A stretch of 64,000 nt of DNA, taken from NCBI GenBank assembly GCA_017654855.1, contig CM030336.1, positions 4,402,001 through 4,466,000 on the forward strand, written 5' to 3'. This document shows, piece by piece, positions 63,222 through 64,000 of the stretch. The translations under genes were made by a program, and so were the position numbers. This stretch comes from Podospora anserina (taxonomy: Eukaryota). The stretch's first letter is position 1. Each line of letters begins with the position of its first letter. The notes under the pieces are model-generated. The model was not told the origin of the DNA, made no database searches, and saw only the letters and a program-made list of their open reading frames with translations.

Positions 63222-64000
63222 ATGTCCTCCCCCAAGACCTACCTCATAACCGGCACCACCTCCGGCATCGGCCTCGCCTTAGTCCAACACCTCCTCTCCC
63301 AATCTCAAAACGTCATCGCCACGGGGAGAAACATCGTCTCCCGTTTCCCCTCCGACCTCGTCACCTCCCACCCCGACAACCTCAAGTTGTTAGAACTAGA
63401 CATCGCCTCCCCCCTCCCCCACCTCCAATCCATCGCCGCCCAAGCCTGGGACCTCTTCCCAGGCGGCATCGACGTCCTATTCAACAACGCAGGCATGTCA
63501 GCCATGAAACCCTTCGAAGAAGCCTCGTACGTCCCCCCTTATCCCCTTTCCCGTTTCCCAACCCCCCGCTAACCCCAGACATCAGCGAAGAATACATCTC
63601 CCAAATCTACACCGTCAACCTCTTCGGCCCCATGCGCCTCACCCAAGCATTTTTACCTCTCTTCCGGAACAACCGTAAGGGCGTAACAATAGCCTTCACC
63701 TCCTCCTCATCAACCTACACCCCCCTCCCCTTCATGTCCCACTACTCCGCCTCCAAATCCGCCCTCTCCACCACAATCACCTCCCTCGCGAAGGAACTCC
63801 TCCCCTTCCACATCTCCGTCCTGGCCTTCGAATGCGGTGGCACAGTCACCAACCTTGGCCAACCGCGCCAATCATCCCCCTCCCCCTCCCCCTCCCCCTC
63901 CCCCTCCTCCCTCTTATCACCACCACCACCACCACCAGAAACACCCTACGCCCAAGGAATAACCTCCCTGATAACCATGTTCACCCGTGATCCGCCAGCT
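63222..64000 (+). CDS. Short-chain dehydrogenase/reductase (3' end beyond the window)
   Basis: YLITGTTSGIG, IDVLFNNAG, intron ~63527..63585, VNLFGP, YSASK catalytic motif. Confidence 0.9.

Overview
Eukaryotic, intron-containing fungal DNA that looks like a Sordariales ascomycete (Podospora-like; this is an inference from intron signals and gene content). Both flanks are ordinary core genome. The left flank carries a DUF1769 gene, RPN2, CET1, an NmrA-like reductase, an ankyrin protein, a sugar porter, a Myb-like protein, COX10, a transaldolase-family gene, tRNA-Pro, kinesin-8, a GH115 and a ZNF207/BuGZ-like gene. The right flank carries an RGS-domain membrane protein, an alpha/beta hydrolase, NMT1, a hypothetical protein and a truncated SDR. 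Between them (~40.5-53.5 kb) lies a compositionally different, accessory-looking block. It contains a degenerate ~22-bp tandem array, a DUF6594-like membrane protein, and three tandem small ORFs sharing an R-x-G-[ST]-F motif (one with a ubiquitin-like domain). It also holds disrupted membrane-protein genes and a small secreted Cys-rich protein. Its most notable gene is an intact 603-aa fusion of a HeLo-like (fungal STAND N-terminal, cell-death-associated) domain to a G-protein alpha domain whose catalytic Arg and Gln appear to be lost. An RGS gene lies ~4.7 kb downstream of it. All calls were made by eye from sequence motifs; no database searches were run.
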